From positions 1 through 63,680 of the IMG/VR virus record IMGVR_UViG_3300020045_004605: DNA of 63,680 nucleotides, one strand, 5' to 3'. Position 1 is the first letter of the stretch; each line of letters opens with the position of its first letter. This stretch comes from a virus (taxonomy: Duplodnaviria > Caudoviricetes). The notes under the pieces were generated by a model. The model was not told the origin of the DNA. It saw nothing but the letters and a program-made list of their open reading frames with translations, and did no database searches. Below, one piece after another: positions 21,344 through 30,238 of the stretch. The translations under genes were made by a program, and so were the position numbers.

Positions 21344-21673
21344 ATGAATAAGGTTTTAGGATATTTGCCTATTGCGATTTGCGTTTGGTATGTATTGGCG
21401 TTGTTAATGCTTTTGTTTGGAATTGAGTTTTACAAAGACATTTACTATACTGCTGATACTATCGAAAGTTATTGTTGCTTTGTGGTTTTAATACACGGGT
21501 TATTCCATTGGAATAGCTATACTGACTTTACAAAAAGCAGTTGTGTTACAATCGTAGCTTTAGCAATTGTAAATATCATACAGCCTTATTTTAACAATCA
21601 AACGTATTTTTATTTTTACATTAACATATTAGCTGGTAATTTTATTTACGGCATTATTAAAAGCAGAGAGTAA
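21344..21673 (+). CDS. Membrane protein, possible holin
   Basis: Multiple TM segments; near-identical to 55901-56227; upstream of endolysin. Confidence 0.6.
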   Translation: MNKVLGYLPIAICVWYVLALLMLLFGIEFYKDIYYTADTIESYCCFVVLIHGLFHWNSYTDFTKSSCVTIVALAIVNIIQPYFNNQTYFYFYINILAGNFIYGIIKSRE

Positions 21674-22164
21674 TGAATTTTTTCATAGATAATTGGATAG
21701 CCCTTGTAGGGACTATTTTCGCACCTATATTAGCCTACATTTTAGGCGGTCGTAGACAGCAACAAATAACAAACAAAAAGGGCGATGTCGAGGTTAAAAA
21801 GGATGAGTTAGACTATGCAAACGAAACAAGGTTGTATTTTCTAAATAGAGAAGTTGACTATAAAACTGAAAAGGAAGAGTTGCGAGCCGAAATGAAATCA
21901 ATGCGAGAGGAATTTGTCGCAGAGAAAAACTACTATCGAGAGAAGCAAGGCGAACTTAGAACTGCAATAAGTGGACTTCAAGACAAGTTTGATAAAATGG
22001 CTCTTAATTATGCTTTAGAGGTCGAGAAGTCAGATTTATGGAAACAAAAATATTACGAATTAGATAAGAAGTACACCGATTTAAAAACCTATTGTACTGA
22101 ACTTGAAAATAAAATAGAAGCCTTAAATGAAAAGGTTAACGAATACGAAAGGACACACGAATGA
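21673..22164 (+). CDS. Membrane-anchored coiled-coil lysis-cluster protein
   Basis: N-terminal TM plus coiled coil; homologue 55483-55896. Confidence 0.6.
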   Translation: MNFFIDNWIALVGTIFAPILAYILGGRRQQQITNKKGDVEVKKDELDYANETRLYFLNREVDYKTEKEELRAEMKSMREEFVAEKNYYREKQGELRTAISGLQDKFDKMALNYALEVEKSDLWKQKYYELDKKYTDLKTYCTELENKIEALNEKVNEYERTHE

Positions 22165-22634
22165 TACACCAAAAATATAAATCACTTTTAAACGGATACC
22201 ATATTAACACACCTTTACGTTTAGCACACTTCTTAGCCCAAATAGAACACGAAAGCGGTGGTTTTAAGTACTTAACCGAATTAGGGGGTAAATCATACTT
22301 CGATAAATACGAGGGGCGTAAAGACTTAGGAAACACGCAACAAGGCGATGGCTATAAATTCAGAGGGCGTGGTTACATTCAAGTAACGGGGCGCTACAAC
22401 TATTTAGCACTTTCAAAAGATACGGGTATTGATTTTATAAACAATCCCGATTTATTAGCAACCGAAGTAAATGCTATTGTTTCAGCTTGTTGGTTTTGGA
22501 GCAAAAAGAATTTAAACGCTTTAGCCGATAAAAATGATATTGTAGGTATAACTAAACGTATTAACGGAGGTACTACGGGTTTAGAATATAGACGTAAAAA
22601 GTTTGCAAAATGGGAACAAATACTTGCGGTTTAA
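22161..22634 (+). CDS. Endolysin, glycoside hydrolase family 19
   Basis: AHFLAQIEHESGG, GDGYKFRGRGYIQVTGRYNY, ITKRINGG. Confidence 0.95.
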   Translation: MIHQKYKSLLNGYHINTPLRLAHFLAQIEHESGGFKYLTELGGKSYFDKYEGRKDLGNTQQGDGYKFRGRGYIQVTGRYNYLALSKDTGIDFINNPDLLATEVNAIVSACWFWSKKNLNALADKNDIVGITKRINGGTTGLEYRRKKFAKWEQILAV

Positions 22635-22658
22635 ATATATCATTATCACCACATAAAT

Positions 22659-22686
22659 AAAAAACCCCGACTATTAAATCGGGGCT
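22659..22686 (-). terminator. Intrinsic terminator between endolysin and tRNA
   Basis: CCCCGA/TCGGGG stem with A-run; same hairpin at 54162-54190. Confidence 0.7.
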
Positions 22687-22721
22687 TCTCAACTATAACC
22701 AAACATTATGAAAAAATCTTG

Positions 22722-22795
22722 AGCTTTCGAGAGGATTTGAACCCCTGACATCCTGAGTACAAAACAGGCATTCTAACCAACTGAATTACGAAAGC
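22722..22795 (-). tRNA. tRNA-Thr(UGU)
   Basis: GCTTTCG/CGAAAGC acceptor, ATTC/GAAT D-arm, CCTG-TTT-TGT-ACT-CAGG anticodon arm, GGTTCAAATCC T-arm; TAGATTTG -7 box upstream. Confidence 0.9.
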
Positions 22796-22845
22796 GTTTA
22801 CACAAATCTACACCTTTTTTTCATTCCCACAACACTAAATGCTAA

Positions 22846-23562
22846 TTATATTTTTAAATGCGTTAAATAAGCCTTACACGCTTTATAAACCGCTTCTATT
22901 TGTTTGAAATCTTCTGTACCTCTATCAGTTGAATAAACTTCTTTTGATTTAAAGAAAGCGTCCCACTCTTTAATTGTTTTTTCTTTACATCCTATTTGTA
23001 TTAAATCGCCTTTAATAGTAAATGGCCATTTGCAAAATAAAGGAATATAGGCGGTTTCTTTATTTTCGGCATAAAGCAAGTCGGCAGAACGCAAGTTGGC
23101 ATAACTCAAGTTGGCATAACTCAAGTCGGCAGAACTCAAGTTGGCATAACTCAAGTTGGCATAACTCAAGTTGGCATAACTCAAGTCGGCATAACTCAAG
23201 TCGGCATAAAGCAAGTCGGCATAACTCAAGTTGGCATAACGCAAGTTGGCATAACTCAAGTTGGCATAACTCAAGTCGGCATAAAGCAAGTCGGCATAAC
23301 TCAAGTTGGCATAACTCAAGTTGGCATAACTCAAGTCGGCATAACTCAAGTCGGCATAAAGCAAGTCGGCATAACGCAAGTCGGCAGAACGCAAGTTGGC
23401 ATAACTCAAGTTGGCATAACTCAAGTCGGCAGAAATTTTACCCGATGCTAATTCTTGTTTGATAAACTCTTTTACAGTTTCTTTCATTGTATTATTTTCT
23501 GATTCAAACTCAAAAATAACACTACCCGTAAATCTGTTTTTAATTTGGATTTTAATTTTCAT
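22846..23562 (-). CDS. Pentapeptide repeat protein
   Basis: A(D/N)L(S/R/L)(Y/S) repeats. Confidence 0.95.
   Translation of the reverse strand: MKIKIQIKNRFTGSVIFEFESENNTMKETVKEFIKQELASGKISADLSYANLSYANLRSADLRYADLLYADLSYADLSYANLSYANLSYADLLYADLSYANLSYANLRYANLSYADLLYADLSYADLSYANLSYANLSYANLSSADLSYANLSYANLRSADLLYAENKETAYIPLFCKWPFTIKGDLIQIGCKEKTIKEWDAFFKSKEVYSTDRGTEDFKQIEAVYKACKAYLTHLKI
23066..23433. repeat. 15-bp tandem repeat (~24 copies) encoding pentapeptide units
   Basis: T(T/C)GGCATAACTCAAG variants. Confidence 0.95.
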
Positions 23563-23625
23563 AATTTCAGTTTTAAATATTTATGCTAAATTAGTAATTA
23601 ATTTAATACTTACAACACATAAAGC

Positions 23626-23648
23626 TAATTTATATCAATTCTAAATAA
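23626..23648. promoter_or_regulatory. Fur-box-like palindrome
   Basis: TAATTTATATCAATTCTAAATAA in divergent promoter region. Confidence 0.5.
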
Positions 23649-23709
23649 CGGCGATTATCGCCGTAAATCAATTTTTTTCGTATTTTCGTATTAATTTAAA
23701 AACTAAATT

Positions 23710-24606
23710 ATGAAAAACGGAAACGAAAGATTTAGAATACAGCCGAGCCACGCAAAGTTATTGGGCTTAGAATTAAACCCAAACAACCGTTATAGGTTAG
23801 ATAAAGAAACTAAAGAACAATACTTTAAATTAAGGCGTAAATCGGAATCAGTTAAGCGTTTATTCTTTGATATCGAAACAAGCCCAAATGTTGTTTACAG
23901 TTGGCGAATTGGTTACAACTTAAATATTACACCCGAAAACATCATTAACGAACGTGCTATAATTTGCATCTCTTACAAGTGGGAAAACGAGGAAACTATA
24001 CATACTTTAGCGTGGGATAAAAACAAATGTGATAAGCAAATGTTAATTGACTTTATAAAAGTTGCAAACCAAGCCGATGAAATGATAGCCCACAATGGGG
24101 ATAGGTTTGATATTAAATGGATAAGAACCCGTTGTATTTATCACAGAATACCAATGTTTCCAAATTACAAAACCTTAGATACTTTAAAGAAGGCGAAAAG
24201 CGGGTTTAACTTTAACTCAAATAAGTTAGATTATATTGCTCAATATTTAGGTGTTGGCGCAAAGGTTAAGCATAGTGGTTTTGATATGTGGAAAGGCGTA
24301 ATGAATAACGATAAAAAAGCCTTAGATGAAATGGTTAACTATTGCGAGGGGGATATAATTGTTTTGGAAGATGTTTTTTTAACGATGCAAAACTACATTA
24401 AGCAAAACACTCACGCAGGTGTTTTAAACAACAATTTAAAGTATAGTTGTCCTTGTTGTTCAAATGAACAAATAACTCTTGTTAAAAACAATGTAACGGC
24501 TATGGGTACTATAAAAAGATTAATCGAGTGTAATGATTGTAATTACAATTACGAAATAAGTAACAGTAGCTACATGCTTTATTTAAAATTTAAAAACATT
24601 ATATAA
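23710..24606 (+). CDS. RNase H-like (DnaQ-type) 3'-5' exonuclease with Zn-ribbon
   Basis: FFDIETSP, AHNGDRFDIKW, YCEGDI; CPCC...CNDC; near-identical to 52070-52966. Confidence 0.85.
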   Translation: MKNGNERFRIQPSHAKLLGLELNPNNRYRLDKETKEQYFKLRRKSESVKRLFFDIETSPNVVYSWRIGYNLNITPENIINERAIICISYKWENEETIHTLAWDKNKCDKQMLIDFIKVANQADEMIAHNGDRFDIKWIRTRCIYHRIPMFPNYKTLDTLKKAKSGFNFNSNKLDYIAQYLGVGAKVKHSGFDMWKGVMNNDKKALDEMVNYCEGDIIVLEDVFLTMQNYIKQNTHAGVLNNNLKYSCPCCSNEQITLVKNNVTAMGTIKRLIECNDCNYNYEISNSSYMLYLKFKNII

Positions 24607-24624
24607 ATATTCCATATATTTGTA

Positions 24625-24719
24625 ATAAGCGAAAAAAGCGTTATAGTAGCGCCAATAAACCTGAACGCTCGAAAGACCCGAAACCGAAAGGTAGTGAAGC
24701 AGTTAGATTGGCTTTTTTT
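24625..24719 (+). ncRNA. Candidate small structured RNA
   Basis: TATATTTG box at 24615; GCCAAT/ATTGGC closing stem plus T7; two GAAA-capped hairpins. Confidence 0.4.
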
Positions 24720-24813
24720 AATTAAAAAATATAAATATGGTATTAGCACTTTTAGTATTATCTATTCTTTTAATAATAATATGGTTTACAGATAACGATA
24801 ACGATTTACAATT

Positions 24814-24981
24814 ATGACACCACTACAAAGAATTAACCGTATATTAGCTTGGAATTACAAGCGTGGAACTAACAAAGAATCGGTCAATAAAGTTTACAGA
24901 AATGTGTTAAAAATTAAATTCAAAGACGCAAAGTATTACGAAAATCAATTTAAACCGAAAGATTATGGCAGACATAACTAA
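24814..24981 (+). CDS. Hypothetical protein (55 aa)
   Basis: C-terminus FKDAKYYENQFK..DYGRH shared with 51247-51438. Confidence 0.65.
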   Translation: MTPLQRINRILAWNYKRGTNKESVNKVYRNVLKIKFKDAKYYENQFKPKDYGRHN

Positions 24982-25123
24982 ATGCGAGGGTAAAGATTGC
25001 CCTTTAAAAGAAAACTGTTACAGATATACGGCTGAACCAAGCGAATACAGTCAAGCGTATTTTACAGAACCACCAATTAAAGACGGCAAATGTGAGTATT
25101 ATTTAGAAATCAATTTAAAGTAA
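24965..25123 (+). CDS. Small Cys-rich protein (52 aa)
   Basis: MADITKCEGKDCPLKENCYRYTAEPSEY; homologue on - strand near 51100-51260. Confidence 0.65.
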   Translation: MADITKCEGKDCPLKENCYRYTAEPSEYSQAYFTEPPIKDGKCEYYLEINLK

Positions 25124-25128
25124 AAGAG

Positions 25129-25788
25129 ATGACATTTAAAGAAGTAGAAAAAACAGGGAATAGGATTTTAATATTTGCAGTATTGGTAATAACTGCTTTG
25201 GCTTTTCTTTGCAGTTGCTCAACTCGTAAAGTAAACAAAACCGAAGTAAAAGAAACAACGGAAGTTAAGGCGGTGGAAACCGAAACAGTAAAAGAGGAAG
25301 TTAAAAAAGAATCGGAAACAAACACAAAGGTTGTAACCGATATTAAAGTAGATACTGAAAAAAACGTAGTTTCAGAGGTTACAGAAATAACGCCCGATGA
25401 TAAAACTAAACCCGCTTCGGTTAAATTACCAAACGGTCAAACAATTGATATTACAAATGCAAAATACAGAAACGAGAAAACAACCGATTTAAGCAAAGAA
25501 AAAAAGAGTTACCTATCAGAATACCAACAAACGAAAAAAGACTTAGAAAACGCTTTAAAAACGATTAAAAAGGATAAAGAAACGATTGCTAAACTAAATA
25601 AGCAATTAAATGACAAACAAACCGAGCGTAAAGGAATGAGTTTTTGGGGTTGGTTTTGGATTATAGTTTGCTTAGTTTGCGCTTATTTAATTTATCGTAA
25701 TTTAAACAGTTCAAAAAAACAAAGTATAAATAACTTTTTATCGTTTGGTGCTAAAAAAGATATTGAAGATTTTAACAAAGATGTTTAG
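25129..25788 (+). CDS. Lipoprotein with C-terminal TM, candidate unimolecular spanin
   Basis: LCSC lipobox; C-terminal FWGWFWIIVCLVCAYLIY. Confidence 0.6.
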   Translation: MTFKEVEKTGNRILIFAVLVITALAFLCSCSTRKVNKTEVKETTEVKAVETETVKEEVKKESETNTKVVTDIKVDTEKNVVSEVTEITPDDKTKPASVKLPNGQTIDITNAKYRNEKTTDLSKEKKSYLSEYQQTKKDLENALKTIKKDKETIAKLNKQLNDKQTERKGMSFWGWFWIIVCLVCAYLIYRNLNSSKKQSINNFLSFGAKKDIEDFNKDV

Positions 25789-25834
25789 ATTTTAATACCG
25801 ATTTATTTTATTTATAAAAAGCTTAGGTAAAAAG

Positions 25835-25860
25835 AAACCCGCTTAGTTAGGCGGGTTTTT
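25835..25860. terminator. Bidirectional intrinsic terminator
   Basis: AAACCCGC/GCGGGTTT between convergent genes. Confidence 0.75.
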
Positions 25861-25863
25861 AAT

Positions 25864-26064
25864 TTAGTTAAATTTTCTGCTAATTTCTTTTTCCGATATT
25901 AGCATTTTATCGTCTGTGTTATTTGGGTTAACATCAAAAGTAAATTCTATTATTTTTGTGCCAACTTTTTTGATTTTGTAGTTTTTAGTTCCAAATTGCA
26001 TACCTGCCATTATAGGGAATTTTTTTCTTTCTTTAATTGTAATTCCGTAAATTTGATTTGTCAT
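25864..26064 (-). CDS. Hypothetical protein with own promoter (moron-like)
   Basis: TATCTTTG -7 box upstream, terminator downstream. Confidence 0.6.
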   Translation of the reverse strand: MTNQIYGITIKERKKFPIMAGMQFGTKNYKIKKVGTKIIEFTFDVNPNNTDDKMLISEKEISRKFN

Positions 26065-26405
26065 AATTTCTATTTGTTTTAGTTTGATAGGTCAAAGATA
26101 GTAATTAAAATAACACCACCAAATAAAAAAGCAATTATTTTTTAAACTTTAACATTTTTTGATTATATTGCATCGTTTTCATAATATTTAGTTTTGGTTG
26201 AAAAGAGAAAGCCCTTTCGAGTCTAAGCGACTGATTGGGCTTTTTTGATTGTTATTGGTTTAAATTATTTATAATAAAGCAAGTTAATGCCCCTAAAGAA
26301 AATCCAATAGCTATATAATTCCAATGCTTATGATTGTTATTTTTTCTAAGTGTATGAGGAATGTTTATCCCTAATACTACAAGGCAAATTATTATTACAC
26401 TCATC

Positions 26406-26753
26406 TTATTTCTGTTTTTCGTTGTAAATGTTTACTGCAACTTCAATCGCTTTTTCTGTGGCTTCTTGGCGGGTTGAAAATTGTTCAAAATCTTCTGTGG
26501 TAAATTCTGTTTCTACGCAAAAAGTATTTGGCTCAAAAGCTATTCCGTTTTTTTCTGACAATCTCGGTATAACATCAACTGTAACCCCAACACTATCTAT
26601 CCACTCGATTATAAATGCGTTTTTAATATTGCTTGGCAAATCCTCAAATAATATTTTACCCATAAACACAATTTTACGAGTGTATTTGTTATAAATGAAG
26701 TTAGGCTGTTTTCTTAACCAACTCTCAAAATCTTCTTTAGCTTTCCCGTTCAT
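26406..26753 (-). CDS. Hypothetical phage protein
   Basis: 115 aa, TRQEATEKAIE C-terminus. Confidence 0.7.
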   Translation of the reverse strand: MNGKAKEDFESWLRKQPNFIYNKYTRKIVFMGKILFEDLPSNIKNAFIIEWIDSVGVTVDVIPRLSEKNGIAFEPNTFCVETEFTTEDFEQFSTRQEATEKAIEVAVNIYNEKQK

Positions 26754-26776
26754 AATTTCTTTGCTTTAGGATTTGG

Positions 26777-26986
26777 TTAGTATAAAGGCTTTAAAGGTTT
26801 TTGTATTGGTTGGTAGTGGGTTATATTTTTCGTTTCATTATGTCTATCTCTCAAGAACATAACGCCAGTCCAAACAATACAATATATTTTTTGGTCATTT
26901 GTAAATACATAATATTGCCCACTTTCTTCAGGCAAATCCTTTTCGCTTTCAATACGAATCCATCCGTTGTTATCTTGCTTTTCCAT
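26777..26986 (-). CDS. DUF551-like small protein
   Basis: GWIRIESEKDLP...ITHYQPI. Confidence 0.65.
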   Translation of the reverse strand: MEKQDNNGWIRIESEKDLPEESGQYYVFTNDQKIYCIVWTGVMFLRDRHNETKNITHYQPIQKPLKPLY

Positions 26987-26993
26987 TTCTATT

Positions 26994-27206
26994 TTATTTG
27001 GTTAAAAGTCCCTTAATCCGTTCAACTACCAAATCAGTTAATTGAGCATCTGTAAGACCGAGTTTTTTCCCGAAGTCAACGTACTGCTCAATTTTGAATT
27101 TAGTAGCTTTCTCGTATTGTATGCGCTCCGTGTGACAGATTTCCAAACGTCGGCATATTTCACCGTTTGATAAATCCGATTCGTTAAATAGTTCTTTGTA
27201 TATCAT
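26994..27206 (-). CDS. HTH (XRE/Cro-like) regulator
   Basis: LSNGEICRRLEI...YEK; orthologue 46987-47214. Confidence 0.6.
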   Translation of the reverse strand: MIYKELFNESDLSNGEICRRLEICHTERIQYEKATKFKIEQYVDFGKKLGLTDAQLTDLVVERIKGLLTK

Positions 27207-27262
27207 AGTTTAATTGTTTTTATAAAAGTAGTAATAATTCCAATACGTTTAACAAACTAACG

Positions 27263-27285
27263 TTATTTAGAATGAGTTTAAATAG
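27263..27285. promoter_or_regulatory. Fur-box-like palindrome
   Basis: TTATTTAGAATGAGTTTAAATAG. Confidence 0.6.
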
Positions 27286-27939
27286 TCAGAATAGTTGTGT
27301 TTGTTTTGAATTTGATTTTTTTATAATTCCTAAAGCGGTTTCGAAAATTGTTTTACCCGCTTCATAGTCTACTAAATTACGAGCCATTTTTTGTACTGAT
27401 TGAGTGCCTTTGTATTTTCTAAAATCGTAATTATGAAATTCGCACCATTTATTTAATTCATCTTTACTTTCCATAATAGAGTGTTTCCTTTCGTTTAAAT
27501 TATTAGGTAAATTAAAATTTGTCCAATATAAATGACGTCCTATTTTTTTACCATATATTAAAGGCTTGTAATATGGTATTACGTTTTCAACGCAATATTT
27601 GCCATCAAAATAATTCTCTAAAAATAAAACTTCTTCGTATAGTTTTAAGTCTGGATAAATTGGTATAGTTGTATTTTTTCGTGCAAATCTTGCTCTTGAA
27701 TGACTTGGACAAGGAGGTGAACTCCAAATGAAATCAAATCCTTTAAAATGGTCAAGTAAATATTGGTGCGCATCTGCTACAATTACTTTATCTTTCGGAA
27801 ATCGCTCTTGGTACAATCTCGCAGCTTCGGGGTCTAATTCAACTGCGGTTACCCTTAATTCTATCCCCGCTTCTTTTGCTACTTCATCCCACTTATATCT
27901 ATTTCCACCCAAACAGTCGTAAAGGTTTAATACTTTCAT
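27286..27939 (-). CDS. DNA cytosine-C5 methyltransferase-like protein
   Basis: VLNLY..LGG, WSSPPC and ENV motifs. Confidence 0.8.
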   Translation of the reverse strand: MKVLNLYDCLGGNRYKWDEVAKEAGIELRVTAVELDPEAARLYQERFPKDKVIVADAHQYLLDHFKGFDFIWSSPPCPSHSRARFARKNTTIPIYPDLKLYEEVLFLENYFDGKYCVENVIPYYKPLIYGKKIGRHLYWTNFNLPNNLNERKHSIMESKDELNKWCEFHNYDFRKYKGTQSVQKMARNLVDYEAGKTIFETALGIIKKSNSKQTQLF

Positions 27940-28253
27940 ATACTTCTACTTCTAATCGTTAAAAATTCATTGTTTAGTATTTCATCAATCGTATGCTGTG
28001 AAACGCTTAAAATAAAGCTAATCTCCTCGTTGCTCATATACGGGTGCTCTTCTTTAAAAGCGTAAACCAATAGAGGTTTAATAGGTTTTACCAAAGTCTT
28101 TTTCGGTCTTAAGCTGTCCTGAGTTATAAGCGTTTCAGTTTTATGGTCTACTAAAACGCTGTCAGTAATTTTCCTTAATCGGCTTCTTAATGTGCTTCTC
28201 GGTATTGCGTACTCTTGTGATATTTGCATGATTGTTTTCATAATTCTAAACAT
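27936..28253 (-). CDS. HTH-like hypothetical protein flanking cassette array
   Basis: ISQEYAIPRSTLRSRL; orthologue 46192-46497. Confidence 0.7.
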   Translation of the reverse strand: MFRIMKTIMQISQEYAIPRSTLRSRLRKITDSVLVDHKTETLITQDSLRPKKTLVKPIKPLLVYAFKEEHPYMSNEEISFILSVSQHTIDEILNNEFLTIRSRSI

Positions 28254-28299
28254 TTTTGTTTACTGATTTTTTTCATACTTTGTTTACGTTTTTGTTGAT

Positions 28300-28333
28300 T
28301 TAGTATTATGAAATCATACATATCGGTAAGTTA
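28300..28333 (-). other. attI-like terminal site of array A1
   Basis: TAACTTACCGATATGTATGATTTCATA on - strand; related to 46135, 50030, 53889. Confidence 0.6.
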
Positions 28334-28337
28334 TAGC

Positions 28338-28727
28338 TTATGGCTGTATTTCGTTTTCATCAGGAACTAATCTCAAATCAGAATCTAAAAACCACCACTT
28401 TTTTTGATTATAAACCTCATTCATTTTAGAAACAAATTCTTCTATAATATCTGTTTTTTCTTTGAAGCATAATTCCATATCGTGACTGTCATCATCAGGA
28501 TTACCTTCTGTATCGTAATATCTATCAGTAAGCCATTCAATTACTTCTTCGGATGATATTGAAGCGGAATTAGACTGTTTGTTTGCCACGCATAAATAAC
28601 CGTGATGTGGTTCAAAATCTTCTTCATCTAAATTATCAATGTTTTTTAATCCTTGCATTTCTAAATCTTCATATCCACAAAGAGTATAACCTTGTTTTAA
28701 TGCTTCTTTTACTGTGATTGTTTTCAT
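28338..28727 (-). CDS. Cassette ORF, acidic hypothetical protein
   Basis: Bounded by GTTATAGCTTGTGG / CCATAAGCTATAAC. Confidence 0.75.
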   Translation of the reverse strand: MKTITVKEALKQGYTLCGYEDLEMQGLKNIDNLDEEDFEPHHGYLCVANKQSNSASISSEEVIEWLTDRYYDTEGNPDDDSHDMELCFKEKTDIIEEFVSKMNEVYNQKKWWFLDSDLRLVPDENEIQP

Positions 28728-28762
28728 AATTACGTTTTGTTTTAGTTAACCACCACAAGCTA

Positions 28763-28890
28763 TAACAGCAATTTGTGGTAATTTGGGCATTAGTTATTAA
28801 TTTAATTTTCAGTCTGTATTTTTGTAATCTATCTTAACTCCGAAGTTCAGGTATTTTTTACCCCAAACTACCACAAGTTGCAGTGCGTTA
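28763..28890 (-). repeat. attC-like hairpin
   Basis: GCAATTTGTGGTAATTTGGG / CCCAAACTACCACAAGTTGC inside TAAC...GTTA. Confidence 0.8.
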
Positions 28891-28901
28891 TGCCTCAGCT
28901 A

Positions 28902-29075
28902 CTAAGCAACCGCCAAAGAAACTCGTTTCAAATCGTTTTTAACGTCTAACCAAAAATCAATTTTACTTTGATTAAATTCAGGTAAATTTTCATCTAACAT
29001 TGTATCGATGATTGAATTTGCAATTTCAAATCCGTGTTTTTCGAATAACTCTTGTGCTTTTTTCTTTGAGTTCAT
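28902..29075 (-). CDS. Cassette ORF, hypothetical protein
   Basis: Likely start MNSKKKAQELF at 29075; resembles 51769-51987 family. Confidence 0.65.
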   Translation of the reverse strand: MNSKKKAQELFEKHGFEIANSIIDTMLDENLPEFNQSKIDFWLDVKNDLKRVSLAVA

Positions 29076-29102
29076 AATTTGTGGAATAAAAAGCCGAAGG
29101 CA

Positions 29103-29228
29103 TAACAATATATTGTAGCAATTAAGGCTTTGGTTATTAATTTATTTACTGTTTTGTACTTTTAAGTTTGGGTGTTTAATCGAAGCATAAGGTGTACTTT
29201 TTCTTAACTGCTACAATAATGAACGTTA
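29103..29228 (-). repeat. attC-like hairpin
   Basis: TATTGTAGCAATTAAG / CTTAACTGCTACAATA inside TAAC...GTTA. Confidence 0.8.
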
Positions 29229-29299
29229 TAGGCAATAGGGCATACGTTCTTCGTTTCAACATTTGTGGAAGAAAAAAAAGAAAAAAGCCCACCGCGCTT

Positions 29300-30100
29300 T
29301 TAGAACAGTTGTGGTTGCGATATTCTAATATTAAGTCGTTTCTCTGCATATTTACATTGTTCCTCTGATAATTCACTTCCTAAATAATTTCGTTTCTCAA
29401 TGATACAAGCATTGGCAGTTGTGCCAGTTCCCATAAAGCTATCGTAAATCAAATCGTTTTCTTTTGTATAAAGTAACAATAGTTTTCTAACTAATTCAGT
29501 TGAATAAGTTGCTTTATTCAAATCATTACTTCCATCGTTATTTGATGCTTCAATATAGTTGTAAAAAACATCGTAAAAATCTTGTCCTTTATTTGATGTG
29601 GTTGTAACTTTCTTATTTGTGTTAAAGGTTAGGTATTCAGTTTTTCTTACAAACACAAAAACAAATTCACAAATTCGAGTTAGTTTATTTTTACTTGTTG
29701 TGTTTGGCAAAGCGGTTGTTTTTTTCCAACTAATACAATCAGCAACAGTAAATTCAGTTCGTTTTATTATTTCAGCAATCAGCAACCACATTGTTTCAAC
29801 ACTTTCATTTCCGTATGAAATATTATAAAGCACACAACCATCTTTTTCTAAAATAGTATTGTAGGCATCAAATAACTCAATAGTCCAATCAATGTATTCA
29901 TCACTTGATTTTGTGTCTAAATACTTATCGTATCGCTTATCTTGGCTATAAACACGAACACCATTTACTATTTTGTTGCTCCAATACTCAATTCTACCAC
30001 CTGTATTATAAGGCGGTGAAGTTATTACTGCATTTACTTTACCATCTAATCTTTTCATAGTTAGTAAGCAATCTTCGTTATATATTTTATTTATTTCCAT
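29300..30100 (-). CDS. Cassette ORF: DNA N4-C/N6-A methyltransferase (beta class)
   Basis: ITSPPY catalytic and DSFMGTGTT SAM-binding motifs. Confidence 0.9.
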   Translation of the reverse strand: MEINKIYNEDCLLTMKRLDGKVNAVITSPPYNTGGRIEYWSNKIVNGVRVYSQDKRYDKYLDTKSSDEYIDWTIELFDAYNTILEKDGCVLYNISYGNESVETMWLLIAEIIKRTEFTVADCISWKKTTALPNTTSKNKLTRICEFVFVFVRKTEYLTFNTNKKVTTTSNKGQDFYDVFYNYIEASNNDGSNDLNKATYSTELVRKLLLLYTKENDLIYDSFMGTGTTANACIIEKRNYLGSELSEEQCKYAEKRLNIRISQPQLF

Positions 30101-30167
30101 CTCTCTTTTTTTCTTTTTTTTCTTTAGTGCTTCGATTAAACATTCTGCTAAAAATCCCTACTGCCCA

Positions 30168-30215
30168 TAACACGTGCTATACGCCATTAAAACGAGCGTA
30201 TAGCACCATCCGTTA
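30168..30215 (-). repeat. attC-like hairpin (48 bp)
   Basis: GTGCTATACGC / GCGTATAGCAC perfect arms inside TAAC...GTTA. Confidence 0.8.
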
Positions 30216-30238
30216 TAAAACAGTTTCTAAACTGCTTT

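Noticed and set aside
23066-23433. CRISPR-like repeat array
   Set aside because: Contiguous 15-bp repeats without spacers; they encode pentapeptides. The + strand 146-aa ORF is their antisense shadow.
24661-24702. Hammerhead ribozyme or c-di-GMP riboswitch
   Set aside because: No CUGAnGA core and no GEMM consensus; kept only as an unnamed RNA candidate.
29176-29376. 66-aa minus ORF across the MTase end and hairpin
   Set aside because: Overlaps the MTase 3' end and an attC-like site; no homology signal.
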